From: Limisphaerales bacterium
GTDB lineage: Bacteria; Verrucomicrobiota; Verrucomicrobiia; Limisphaerales; AAA164-E04
Reading direction: 5' to 3'
Assembly: GCA_965204945.1 (NCBI GenBank)
Contig: OZ242022.1
Location: forward strand, 2,138,369 to 2,202,368
DNA length: 64,000 nt
Position numbers and translations under genes: made by a program. The notes beneath the pieces were generated by a model. The model did not search any database. It worked only from the letters and a program-made list of their open reading frames with translations, and had not been told where the DNA came from. Every line of letters begins with the position of its first letter. The first letter of the stretch is position 1. This document shows, piece by piece, positions 19,282 through 29,601 of the stretch.

Positions 19282-20271
19282 ATGGCGGCAGTTTTCAAAG
19301 AGACTCTGATGGATTCTGTCGGTCGGCCGTCTTTTGGCGCCTTTGCAAAACGCCCGTTGACAGAAGCCGGCGGCCGGGAACGGCCGCGCTCTTCCGCGCC
19401 GGATCGGACTCTTCTTTTTGGCGACTTGTCCCGCGCCGGCTTTGCCTTGGAATGGTCGGATTTTCAAGGCGGCAAGATAGACAAAAACACCGCCAACCGC
19501 CCGCATCGTCTGGAAGTTTGCTTCAATTTGAAGGGGGAAGGAACCTTGGTCTGCGGAGGAAAGCGAGCCGAGTTTGACGTGGGCAAGGTCTGGTTTGTCT
19601 TTTGCGGACAAACCAACGTCGAAACGGCTCGCCAGCCTCAAATCCGTCATCAATTTCTAACCTTGTCTTTTTCCGTCCGATTTCTTGCGGACAACCTGCC
19701 TTTGAATAGCGGACATCTTCATCCGCTTGTGCAATCCGCCGTAAAACACCGCCGGAAACGCTCGGCCATCGGCGAAGTGCGCCGCCTAAACTCCGCTCTT
19801 CACTCTTGGGTTTCCCGCGTCCGAAAACCTCCCGTTCTAGCCGCGGCCCAGCCTCTTTGGTATCGCGCCAAAGCGCTGGAATTAGCCTGCGATCTGTTGT
19901 TCGTCACGCCGCAAGAAGAGCTGTTTTGCCGACGACATCAACGACTGGCCGAAGAGAGAACAACGCAAGTCAAACGCCTGCTCTCCGAAAATTTGGCCGA
20001 ACCGCCCAGCTTGAAGGAACTCGGCCGTATGGTAGGTTGCAGCCCGTATCATTTAAGCCGCACCTTCTCCCAAGAAGCCGGAATGACCATCCCGCAATAC
20101 TTGCGGTCAATCCGCGTGGAGCGAGCCGCGGAACTACTTCGAGACGGGAGATGGAACGTTACCGAAGCCGCGCTGGAAGTCGGCTACAACAGCATCAGCC
20201 ACTTCAGCCAAGCATTTTGCCAAACAATGGGTTGCTGCCCCGCCATGTATCCGCTAGAAAAAGGCGACTAA
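19282..20271 (+). CDS. AraC-family transcriptional regulator
   Basis: C-terminal double HTH: LKELGRMVGCSPYHLSRTFSQ...VTEAALEVGYNSISHFSQAF. Confidence 0.85.
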   Translation: MAAVFKETLMDSVGRPSFGAFAKRPLTEAGGRERPRSSAPDRTLLFGDLSRAGFALEWSDFQGGKIDKNTANRPHRLEVCFNLKGEGTLVCGGKRAEFDVGKVWFVFCGQTNVETARQPQIRHQFLTLSFSVRFLADNLPLNSGHLHPLVQSAVKHRRKRSAIGEVRRLNSALHSWVSRVRKPPVLAAAQPLWYRAKALELACDLLFVTPQEELFCRRHQRLAEERTTQVKRLLSENLAEPPSLKELGRMVGCSPYHLSRTFSQEAGMTIPQYLRSIRVERAAELLRDGRWNVTEAALEVGYNSISHFSQAFCQTMGCCPAMYPLEKGD

Positions 20272-20478
20272 GCTTCGGCAAAAAAAAAACGCGACGGACT
20301 CTCGCTTTTCGCCTCCGCCCACACCACTGCGATCTCGTGAGGCCTCCTCTTGATTGTATTTTATTATCATAGCAATCATTCACTAAAAAAATGCAATAAT
20401 ACAATAGAAGATAAAGCGGAATTCTTGTAATCAATAGGGGTTGTCTACAAGATATAAATTCATTTGCTAGCTAAATAC

Positions 20479-21591
20479 ATGTCCACATCAGAAAATTCCA
20501 AATCCAACCAAAGCGCCATTCCAAAGGCTCTAGCAAAGAATCGCAAAAGGCGACGTTTTACCGGCAAACACTATAGCCGGTTTATGAAGTTGGTGCGCCG
20601 AACCCATATGTATACAGGGCTGATCCTGTTGCCTTGGGTTTTGCTGTTTGGCGCCAGCGGCGTGTTGTTCAATCATCCCACTTGGCTTGCCTCCGCGAAA
20701 ATAGTTCACCGCAGCGACCCGGAGATTGTAAGAAAAACTGTCGGCTTTGCTCCGCCGGATCCGGCGAGTTTCGCTGCCCAAGTGGTCGCCGGCATCAATA
20801 ACGACGCTGACACTCCCGAATTCGAATTGGTTTCTCCGGGCAAAGCGTGGTTGACAAGGAAGCTTTCTTACACCGCCGCCACTGAATCAAGTCAACATAC
20901 CATTTGGCTTAATCTTCATAATGGAAGCGCGCGGATTGAAACGCGACCAAAGTCTAACAAAGAACCAATTGAACGCCCGGCCTTTGCCGGTTCCACGGTT
21001 GACGTGAAAATCCCAGGACTAGATGGAGCCGAGCGCAAGATTCTGAAGTTGTTAGAGCAAGCCAATATCAACCCGTCCGAAGAGGTTAAGTTGCGTTCTC
21101 GTTCCAGTCCGCAATTGTTGTTTCAAGTGCGTGGCCGCGATGGCCAATTGTGGAACGCGACTTGCAACTTATTGAACGGCCGTTTAGATGGTCGAGCGAC
21201 CGAAACTGGGACGAGGTTGGACTTGCGCTCCGCGATAACCCGTCTGCACCAACTTCACCATTACCCTGATAATCTCGGCGCCCGATGGTTGTGGACGTTG
21301 GCTGCGGACGCCACAGGTCTGATGTTGGTCTTTTGGGGCATCTCCGGCGTGATTATGTGGTGGCAGATCAAACCCACTCGTCTTGTCGGCGTCAGCGGAC
21401 TTAGCATTGCCGCCATGATCGCTTTTCTTGTCATATCAGGCACGTTAACGGAACTAGGATTTGGCCCGCCGCGCTCCTCACGAAGCGCTTCAGCAGAGCG
21501 GAACGACGGAAACAATCAAAGGGGCATGATATTGAACGAAAAATCCACTTCAACCAATGCCTTAGGTGAATTGCCAGCGGAAGGCCTCTGA
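20479..21591 (+). CDS. PepSY-associated TM-helix (PiuB-like) iron-regulated membrane protein
   Basis: HMYTGLILLPWVLLFGASGVLFNHP and ITRLHQLHH, with a C-terminal TM pair. Confidence 0.75.
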   Translation: MSTSENSKSNQSAIPKALAKNRKRRRFTGKHYSRFMKLVRRTHMYTGLILLPWVLLFGASGVLFNHPTWLASAKIVHRSDPEIVRKTVGFAPPDPASFAAQVVAGINNDADTPEFELVSPGKAWLTRKLSYTAATESSQHTIWLNLHNGSARIETRPKSNKEPIERPAFAGSTVDVKIPGLDGAERKILKLLEQANINPSEEVKLRSRSSPQLLFQVRGRDGQLWNATCNLLNGRLDGRATETGTRLDLRSAITRLHQLHHYPDNLGARWLWTLAADATGLMLVFWGISGVIMWWQIKPTRLVGVSGLSIAAMIAFLVISGTLTELGFGPPRSSRSASAERNDGNNQRGMILNEKSTSTNALGELPAEGL

Positions 21592-21757
21592 AACCGAATC
21601 GGACGAATCGGGTTCAGAGAACGGTGATTGGGGGGCTTGGATAGTTTGGGGCGCAGCCAAATCGTTCTCCGCCGAAATTTGTGGGGATTCTTTTGCCTTT
21701 TTGTTAGGGATTGCCTAAAATGTCCTGTTTGCTTATGATGAGGCCGTTCTGGTTGGG

Positions 21758-22639
21758 ATGAAGGTTTATATCGACGGGAATTTTTTGGATCGAGAGGACG
21801 CGAAAGTTTCGGTGTTCGATCACGGTTTGTTGTACGGCGACGGGGTTTTTGAGGGGATTCGCGCTTACAATGGGCGAATTTTCCGGTTGCGCGAGCATGT
21901 GGAGCGTTTGTTTCGGTCGGCAAAGGCGATTTTGTTGCCGATTCCGGCGTCGATGGAGGAGATGTGCGAGATTGTGCGGTTGACTTGTGCCGAGAACGGA
22001 ATCGAAGACGGATATGTTCGGCTGTTGGTAACGCGCGGCGAGGGGAGTCTGGGATTGGACGTCCGGAGCTGCAAACGTTCTTCGATCATCGCGATTGCCG
22101 GCGCGATTCGTCTGTATCCGCCGGAATATTACGAAAGAGGATTGCGCATCGCAACGGCCTCCACGACGCGCAACTTGCAGAACGCGGTAAACCCGGCGAT
22201 CAAGTCGCTCAACTACTTGAATAACGTTTTGGCTAAAATTGAGGCCAACATTGCGGGCTGCGAGGAGGCGATTTTGTTGAACGCCGAGGGGTTTGTGACG
22301 GAATGCACCGGCGACAATTTATTTATTGTGAACGAACGAAAACTTTATACGCCGCCGTTGGCGGCGGGCGCGCTTTACGGAATCACGCGAAAGGTGGCGA
22401 TTGAGCTGTCTCGAGAGGCGGGGCTGGAAGTGGCGGAGGAAAATCTATCGCGCTACGACGTCTTTGTGGCGGACGAATGTTTTTTGACGGGCACAGGGGC
22501 GGAAATTGTGCCGGTTGTGGAAGTGGATCGGCGGAGGATTGGAGAAGGTGTTCCCGGTCCGGTGACTCGGCGGTTAGTGGCTGTTTATCACGATTTGACG
22601 CGTTCGACGGGCGATCCAATTTCGGGGAAAAAACAATAA
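21758..22639 (+). CDS. ilvE: branched-chain amino-acid aminotransferase (class IV)
   Basis: VSVFDHGLLYGDGVFEGIRAY..REH..RL, with the class IV fold motifs present throughout. Confidence 0.9.
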   Translation: MKVYIDGNFLDREDAKVSVFDHGLLYGDGVFEGIRAYNGRIFRLREHVERLFRSAKAILLPIPASMEEMCEIVRLTCAENGIEDGYVRLLVTRGEGSLGLDVRSCKRSSIIAIAGAIRLYPPEYYERGLRIATASTTRNLQNAVNPAIKSLNYLNNVLAKIEANIAGCEEAILLNAEGFVTECTGDNLFIVNERKLYTPPLAAGALYGITRKVAIELSREAGLEVAEENLSRYDVFVADECFLTGTGAEIVPVVEVDRRRIGEGVPGPVTRRLVAVYHDLTRSTGDPISGKKQ

Positions 22640-22700
22640 ACTGATGGCCGACGTTTCTCTATTTCTATTGCGGACGGGCCGATAAACTGGGAGCGAAGAT

Positions 22701-23240
22701 ATGCTTTGCAATGTTTGCGGAAAGAACGAAGCCAGGGTGCATTTGTCCCAGATAGAGGAGGGCAAGACCACGAGGGTGGATCTTTGCGAGTTCTGCGCCA
22801 AGGAGAGGGGAATTGACGACGCTTCTCTGGTTTCTGACTTGATAAGCGGGATTCAGGGAAAGAAAACGACCACTTTATCCTCGACCGGCGGCGAGCCGGC
22901 GCTCCGTTGCAGTGTTTGTGGATACACTCAGGCCGACCTCAAAAAAACAGGAAGATTGGGTTGCTCCCATTGTTACAAAGCCTTTGAGGAAAAACTGAAG
23001 AAAATTCTCAAATCCATGCATCCTGCAGTGAGCCACGTCGGGAAAAACCCCGAAAAAATCAAAGCCAAAAAAATTCCCCGAGAATTGAAAGCCCGCTCCC
23101 TCCAACTGCAAGAACAACTAAAACGCGCGGTGAAGCGCGAGCAATTTGAAGAAGCCGCCGTCCTGCGAGATGAGTTGAAGGCGGTTCGCGAAGAAATTCG
23201 AAAACTCTCTTCGTCGCCAAGGAACGACGACAAGGAATAA
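22701..23240 (+). CDS. mcsA: McsA-like arginine kinase activator (zinc-ribbon plus UVR domain)
   Basis: CNVCG...CEFCA and CSVCG...CSHCY Cys pairs, plus a C-terminal UVR-like FEEAAVLRDEL. Confidence 0.8.
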   Translation: MLCNVCGKNEARVHLSQIEEGKTTRVDLCEFCAKERGIDDASLVSDLISGIQGKKTTTLSSTGGEPALRCSVCGYTQADLKKTGRLGCSHCYKAFEEKLKKILKSMHPAVSHVGKNPEKIKAKKIPRELKARSLQLQEQLKRAVKREQFEEAAVLRDELKAVREEIRKLSSSPRNDDKE

Positions 23241-23251
23241 GGAGAGATAAA

Positions 23252-24364
23252 ATGCCGTCAAAACTAACGCCGTCAAAACTGATTGAATTTTTGAAACCGC
23301 CGGAAGATTGCGTCCGTCGCGGCAATCCCGTGAACAATTGGGACAATATCATCCTGACGAGCAGAGTTCGTTTGGCGCGAAACCTGGATCGTCTGCCTTT
23401 TCCCGGCCGCTCCAAAATAGCGCAGCGAGTGGAGGCCTTGAAAATCTTGGCCCCCGCAGTCGCCGGCCTTCCGCCTATGAAGGGCGGCGTCTGTGAAACC
23501 ATGGACAATCTGATACCGATCTATAAGGAGATTCTTGTCGAACGCCACTTGATTAGCCGAGAACACAAAGCTCGAGGCGTTGGAAGCGCGGTGGCTCTGA
23601 GCGGCGACGAGGAAATCAGCGTGATGATCAACGAAGAAGATCATCTGCGCATGCAAGCCATCCTGCCCGGCCTTCAAGTAAAGGAAGCCTGGAAGCGAAT
23701 GGACTCCTTTGACTCCATGCTGGAAAAGCGAGTTCCCTACGCCTACTCCTCCCAATACGGTTACCTCACGGCGTGTCCCACCAATGTGGGCACCGGAATT
23801 CGAGTGAGCGCAATGTTGCACTTGCCCGGATTAGTTCTTGCCGATCACGTCAACCAGACGATTAACGCGGCCAACCGAGTAGGAATGACCGTCCGCGGGC
23901 TTTACGGCGAAGGTACCGAAGCGCTGGGAAACGTCTTTCAAGTGTCCAACCAAAGCACACTCGGCGTGTCCGAGTCCGAAATCGTCGAGAAACTCAAAAA
24001 AACCGTCCTACAAATCGTCGAGAAAGAAGAAGACGCCCGCCAAAAACTTTGCGAAACCCAAGAAAAAAAGCTTCGAGACTATATCGGGCGAGCTTATGGA
24101 AATCTTTCCTACGCCCACGTAATTTCGTCCAAAGAAACAAAAAACCACCTTTCCTTACTGAGGCTTGGAGTAGACTTGAACTTATTTCCCGCCGATTATC
24201 GCGCATTAGTGGACGAACTGCTCCTCGTGACCGAGCCGGCCCACATCCAAAAACAAGCAAAAAGCAAAAAAAACTCCGGAGAACGAGATAGCTTGCGGGC
24301 GACAATCCTCCGCAGACGGCTAGCGACGGTAAAGCCGCCGGACGACCGCAAACTCGGAACCTAA
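23252..24364 (+). CDS. mcsB: protein arginine kinase (ATP:guanido phosphotransferase)
   Basis: SRVRLARNL..PFP, NEEDHLR and CPTNVGTGIRVS. Confidence 0.9.
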   Translation: MPSKLTPSKLIEFLKPPEDCVRRGNPVNNWDNIILTSRVRLARNLDRLPFPGRSKIAQRVEALKILAPAVAGLPPMKGGVCETMDNLIPIYKEILVERHLISREHKARGVGSAVALSGDEEISVMINEEDHLRMQAILPGLQVKEAWKRMDSFDSMLEKRVPYAYSSQYGYLTACPTNVGTGIRVSAMLHLPGLVLADHVNQTINAANRVGMTVRGLYGEGTEALGNVFQVSNQSTLGVSESEIVEKLKKTVLQIVEKEEDARQKLCETQEKKLRDYIGRAYGNLSYAHVISSKETKNHLSLLRLGVDLNLFPADYRALVDELLLVTEPAHIQKQAKSKKNSGERDSLRATILRRRLATVKPPDDRKLGT

Positions 24365-24411
24365 CCGCTTCCTCAAATCACCTTGCCTCGCTTAAGTTTG
24401 ACTTTTCTAAA

Positions 24412-24435
24412 CCGCTGGAAAATCAGCGGCTTTTT
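24412..24435 (+). terminator. rho-independent terminator after mcsB
   Basis: CCGCTG-GAAAAT-CAGCGG followed by CTTTTT. Confidence 0.5.
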
Positions 24436-24955
24436 ACAATGTTGGCTAGCGTGACAGACCGGTCATAAGATGGTTTCAATTCCCTCCGATCCCTCTACCA
24501 AATCGACAAACGAGAGAGAAAAATCATTTCCCAAAAGCGCAGGAAAATAATCTGACCGCAAGAAAACTCACTTTTTCTCCAACAAGAACACAAGAAAACG
24601 GCAACTGACGCCCTATCGACTACTAATATGAACGCAAGCTCGCGCTCGTTAGCAAAACACCATTTTAAGAAACTTCCTTCAGCGGCAGACGGCGCATTGA
24701 GACACACAGCGCAACCGCCAATGTATTCCCAAGCCTTTGACCAAGACCGAGACTCAATCATAGTTGAAACAGACAAGGACTGATTGGATGGCGAATTCCG
24801 AGCCGCAAAGAAGCGCCATCATGGCCACCTAAGAGAAAAAATCAGGTTGGAAGTGGAAAGAAAACAAAAAGAAGAAAGCCAAAAATTTATGCCAGAACAC
24901 CGATGCGCTTTTCTCGAAAGACAACAAGAGTCAACCGAGAACGAATAGTCACATC

Positions 24956-25649
24956 ATGAAAAGTCTGTACACTATTATTACAGATTTTGGCCGCCGTCGA
25001 CATCATCTTCTTTACTCAGAACCCGACTGAACGCAAAGAGGTGACTTTGATCCAGAAAACAACATCGCGCATTCACCAGAAAAGATCCAAGCCTACCAAA
25101 AGAAATTGGAGAAAAAAGCGGAAGAAGTGGAACTTATAAATGAGGCTGAGATCGACGAGTTCTACTATAGAGGTGGGCAAGTTCACTGAAAAAAGGCTCG
25201 AAGAAGACAGACTCTTTGCCGAGATGGAAAAAGCCGTGGAAGAAGCCGGAAAACCCGATTCTGAGATCATGGAACAATGGCGGATTCTAATCAACCCCAA
25301 CTTGCCACAAGGTTTTTACAATATCCAATACCCCTATCTGCCGGAGTTTGGTCAGGCCTACCGCATCTTTGAAGAAGAAGGCGCCAGAGAGAACCCCATT
25401 CAAATTGCGAATACCATAGTCGCCTTAGAAAGCTACAAAGTAGCCAGCAAACACGATCCCAACCAACCGCATCGCCATTTCAAAGGATCAATTGAAGGGA
25501 AGCGAGGCAATCATCTCTATACCAACAAACAATTCTTAGAGAGAATTTTTCATTGGTTAGTTAACACAATTACTTTTGAAGGTAATTTAATGCCCGGCAA
25601 GACACTACTAAGTCCGGAGCAGGCGAATCGGAAGGGAAAGCGATTCTAA
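24956..25649 (+). pseudogene. decayed paralog of the 7221-8330 family
   Basis: The pieces lie in three frames: MKSLYTIIT / ILAAVDIIF (TM), FDPENNIAHSPEKIQAYQKKLE, and PEFGQAYRIFEEEGARENPIQIANTIVALE. There is an internal deletion, and the copy is truncated near 25630. Confidence 0.65.
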
Positions 25650-26519
25650 GGTGCTGTTGCCCCATAAAGCGAAGGAGTAATCCCAATCTTTCCGATCTGG
25701 GTGAACTTCATTGGCAAAGTTCACATTCGGCCAAGCGGTGCCGCCGATGCATTTGCGTTTGATGAAGGCAATGGCGAGAGGCTGGGATGCTAATCCGAAA
25801 TCAACGGTCAAATGACATCTGCCGGCGATGTTATGCCAGAGTGTGTTGGCGCGTTCTTCCTGCCCTTTCTTCGCTTTGAGTTTGCGGTCGGGTTGGCAGA
25901 TCATTTGCGTTTTTTTTGGCATCATGACTCCATAAAGCAGCATAGGTGACCGTGGAGGGGGCTGGGGGAGGCTCTCTTGAACGGGCCTCGTGGAGATTGT
26001 GAGGCTCGGCGCGGTTTTTCTGCACGGACGCGTGGAGCAGGGCCGTTTATGTATCAGCTCAGCAAGACCCATCTGCCCACTTTGGACAATGTCGTCATCT
26101 TCAGGTTTAACGGCTTTGCTTCACTGGGCAACCAAAGTTGGGACTGCGTCAAGGCGCAAGAGGTTTAAGGCAACAAGTAATCCCGAATGCGGATGCAACA
26201 TCAGCCTACTTTGTAGGATGCGGCAAGGGCTTCGCTTAAGGATTGATTGCCGACCGTCAAGAAAGTGCCATCGATAGGGACATTTTCCAGCTTATAGTGA
26301 CTTGTTTGGGCAAGGATCTGCTGGCTGAAAAGCGTCGATTTAGGGAATATTTGAGGGCGGTGCAAAGAAACCAGTTGGCTGTGTGTTGATGAGGTTTCTT
26401 CCAGCCGAGGTTTGCGGGCGACAATCAGACTTCGACGATGCCTGTGGAAGAAGAAAAGGCCATATCGGTGCTTTTGTCGGCAACGATGTTGACGATGGTA
26501 AGCTTGTTATAGCCGTCCG

Positions 26520-26939
26520 CTAGTAGACAGCGGAACTTTTCTCAAGCAGAAGCGGCGGCGGCGGGAAATAAGTGCCGCCGTAAAACGGCTTCAACTCTCC
26601 GGTCAAAAACACACTCAACGGCCAGCCTCCTTGCCCCGCCATCGCCTGCACCGCCGTCATATAAATCTTGTCCACATCGGGGCGCTCCTCGCGATCCACT
26701 TTGACGCTCACAAAATGCTCGTTCAAAAACGCGGCCACCTCAACGTTCTCAAAGGACTCGCGCTCCATTACATGACACCAATGGCAAGTGGAATACCCTA
26801 TGCTCAAAAAGATCGGCTTGCCTTCGGCTCTCGCCCTTTCAAAAGCCTCTTTTCCCCAAGGAAACCAATCCACCGGATTATGCCGATGCTGCAACAAATA
26901 CGGCGACTTCTCCCCCGCCAATCGATTCCTCTTTTCCAT
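26520..26939 (-). pseudogene. truncated thioredoxin-domain protein (DUF255/YyaL-type N-terminus only)
   Basis: [37 protein letters not shown] is the N-terminal ~125 aa of a family that is normally much longer. The ORF ends shortly after GGTYFPP. Confidence 0.7.
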
Positions 26940-26968
26940 AAGTATTTTTATGATCTGATTAAACGGAA

Positions 26969-28774
26969 TTAAAATTCAAGTATCTCTTCCAGTAAATCAA
27001 ATATTACTTGGAAATGCTTAAAGTCGTCTTTTGTTCCGTATTTGCAAAGCCAATCGTAGAGGTTGGTTTTTTCATCTTTATTAACAGTCCACTCTTCAAC
27101 GACGCTTTCCTTTTGCTCCCGTACAGTTCTTTTATGTCCTTCTTCGATGTCTATGAATGCAGGTTTGAATTCTTGCGCTTTTTCTAGAGTTTTTCTCAAA
27201 TAAGTTTTCAATGCCTTTTTTCAATGGGTGATTTTCATGTAGGTGGATATGCCGCTTAAACACGTTTCCTTTATCGTCCTTGTTTGGTTTATCACAATCA
27301 TAGAGAAGAATTATTTTCTGCTTAATTAGTTTGCAAAGTTGAGGAGTGATATTTTTCCAGATTTTATCCAAATTCCCAAAACCATTTCCGTCTCTTAATT
27401 CAACTCTTTGGAGTAATTCTTTCTGACCAAGCAATTCCGCAGCTTTCTCCAAATATTTTACATCAGTTTTGCCTTCCATGAAAACGAGAGGTTTTTGAGC
27501 ATTTTCAATTTCTTTTCGTATATCCTCTTTAAACTTTTTGGTTTCGGCGAAGGCTCGATAGGCATCGCCGAATTCGCTAAATTCTTCCGGGCTAATTTCT
27601 TGACCTTGTGGCAACCTGTAAAGCGCAAAACCATCTTCTCCAAAAGTTTTCTGCATTCCAAGAATAAAGAGCAGAGAGTGAGTTGTGACAATAAATTGGA
27701 CGCGTGGAGATATTTTCATCAATTCGGAAAGCACATCATACTGGTGGACAGTGTGCAAGTGTAAGTCAATTTCATCTACAACAACGATGCCTCGAATTTC
27801 CTCGGTTTTAGTGAAACCTTCCCCGGCCAAATCAAAATCTCTGGGGATAGAGAAAAATAGATTTAGCAAAGAAGTTTCTCCGCTAGATAATTGGAAAATA
27901 TTAGGAACAAGAATTTGACGATCTTGCATTAAAGCAACCCCTCTATCGTGTCTCGAATAAACTCCAAATCCTAGATTTTCATTTGCTTGGAAAATAATTC
28001 GGAGAATAGAAAGAATTTGACGATAAAGAGATGTTGTTGGTCCACTGGATCCTAGAAATATAGGGACATAATAAGGATCTATTGATATAGGCAGCTCTTT
28101 AATTTTGATTTCATAAACAGAACTGTCGTAATTTAAGCCAAATCCCCAGTTTCGATTATCGTGGAGAGGCGAGTGTTGAATAATTTTACGGTTAGAATGT
28201 CCATGTATATGACTTAAAGTTGTGTACTCAGCTTTGGTTTTTAAGTTTTCTTCATTTAACCATGCCGGCTCTTGAAATCTATTGGGAGGAAAATAGAGAA
28301 TACAGTTATTTCGAAAAATCTCTTTTAGGCTGTCCTTTTGCGCAAATTCTAGAAAAGTACATCCCAGCCAACTTTGTTCCGTATTGGGTATATCTTTCCA
28401 TAATTTATTTATACTATTGATTGAAAACGAGGGCTTTTGAGGAAATTTTTCTTTTGTACGATCTAAGACTAATTCTTGGAAATATATATCACGTTCAAAC
28501 TCTATTTTCGCGCAAGAGTGTTCACTTCCAGATTTAATATAGGTAGGAGATCGAAGTTTGTACACTTTTCCTTTTTTACTTCGCTATTTTCAGGATAGAC
28601 GATGCCCTGGGCATCCATCAAACCGTTGACGATATGGGATAGTAAAATGCTTTTGCCAGAACCATTTTGTCCGACTAGCAAAACGGGTTTGGGATTGTCT
28701 CCGTTGAAGGGAAAAACAATTTCTAGGTGGTCAATTGGTCCATAGTTTTCAATTTGGGTTTTCTTTGCGTACAT
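26969..28774 (-). pseudogene. OLD/ABC-type AAA ATPase with a C-terminal TOPRIM/DUF4435-like region, broken by two frameshifts
   Basis: Walker A GQNGSGKS (ORF 28502-28774). LSSGETSLL, VVVDEIDLHLH, IVTTHS and FMEGKTD (ORF 27132-28565). The tail continues in a third frame (26969-27211). Low GC. Confidence 0.7.
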
Positions 28775-28793
28775 ATCTTTTTAGTCTCTACTA

Positions 28794-29327
28794 TTAATGG
28801 CCTTCACCCCACCAGAGGGTAGGTTTGAGGATGGAGAGGAAGTGGAGTTTTTCTTTCTCGGTCATAGTTTTGGGGTTAATCTTTTCAATCGTGCCGTCGG
28901 CGAAGGTGACTTGGTTTGCGTCCAAACGGTGGATGGCTTTGCCGAGTAAGTTGGATAAGGTTTCGGCAACGTCCACATCGGGGTATAAGCCTTGCAGGTT
29001 GATTTCGATTTTGTCGTCTTGGGCAAATTGGCAGGCGTAGGCAAGTTTGTCGTCGCCGAAGAAGACATATTGCTCAAAGGGAGATTTTGCGCTGTCGATT
29101 TCCAGTTGCTCGCCGTCTTGGTAATGAACGTTTCGCAAGGTTTCTTCATATTGTTCTAGCGCGTAGTATTTTAATACTCCGCCGCCTTTATAGTCGGTTT
29201 GTTTGCTGACGCCAGATTGATGGCTGGCCAGAACTTTTTTCATCCTTGGCAAAATCACGGTGTAAAAATGCTCTCCCATTTCAATGCCAAGCCACTTTCT
29301 GCTCCCCTTCCTTTCGCTAATCCTCAC
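28794..29327 (-). pseudogene. C-terminal fragment of an N6-adenine/N4-cytosine DNA methyltransferase
   Basis: RKWLGIEMGEHFYTVILPRMKKVL..YKGGG..KYY.LEQYEETLRN resembles the tail of Type III/IIG methylases from memory. No catalytic N-terminal part is present. Confidence 0.55.
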
Positions 29328-29601
29328 CCCTCCTTCCTAAACCGCACCATTCTTCAAATCTGCCAACAAAGAAAAACTCCGCTTCTCACAAAGATACAAA
29401 CTAATCCCACATCCAATCAGCAGCATCTTCGAACCACAAACAACACTCCGCCCGCTGATTTACTTGCACGAAGACTGACGGCTATAAGTCACCGATCCGT
29501 GGATCACCCCAATCACGAATTGCTGATGGCGGTTACAAAGTGACGGAGGAAGACAAAGCCGAGGGCGAATATGCTAAAAGGCAACCGCGCATTCTTAAGA
29601 T

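Noticed and set aside
24440-24500. A tRNA/tmRNA-like 3' end (..GGTTTCAATTCCCTCCGATCCCTCTACCA) after the mcsB terminator, possibly an integration att remnant.
   Set aside because: No complementary T-stem or acceptor stem can be drawn, there is no upstream tRNA body, and I found no second copy of the string in the window. The resemblance is limited to a TTCAAnTCC-like run and a CCA.
25650-26519. Suspected IS/transposase remnant. This includes ORF 25608-26072 and fragments such as ..VADKSTD.. and ..PIDGTFL..
   Set aside because: The motif-like bits occur in the wrong order for a DDE transposase and sit in different frames with many stops. I could not find inverted repeats. I cannot support any call beyond non-functional or unknown.
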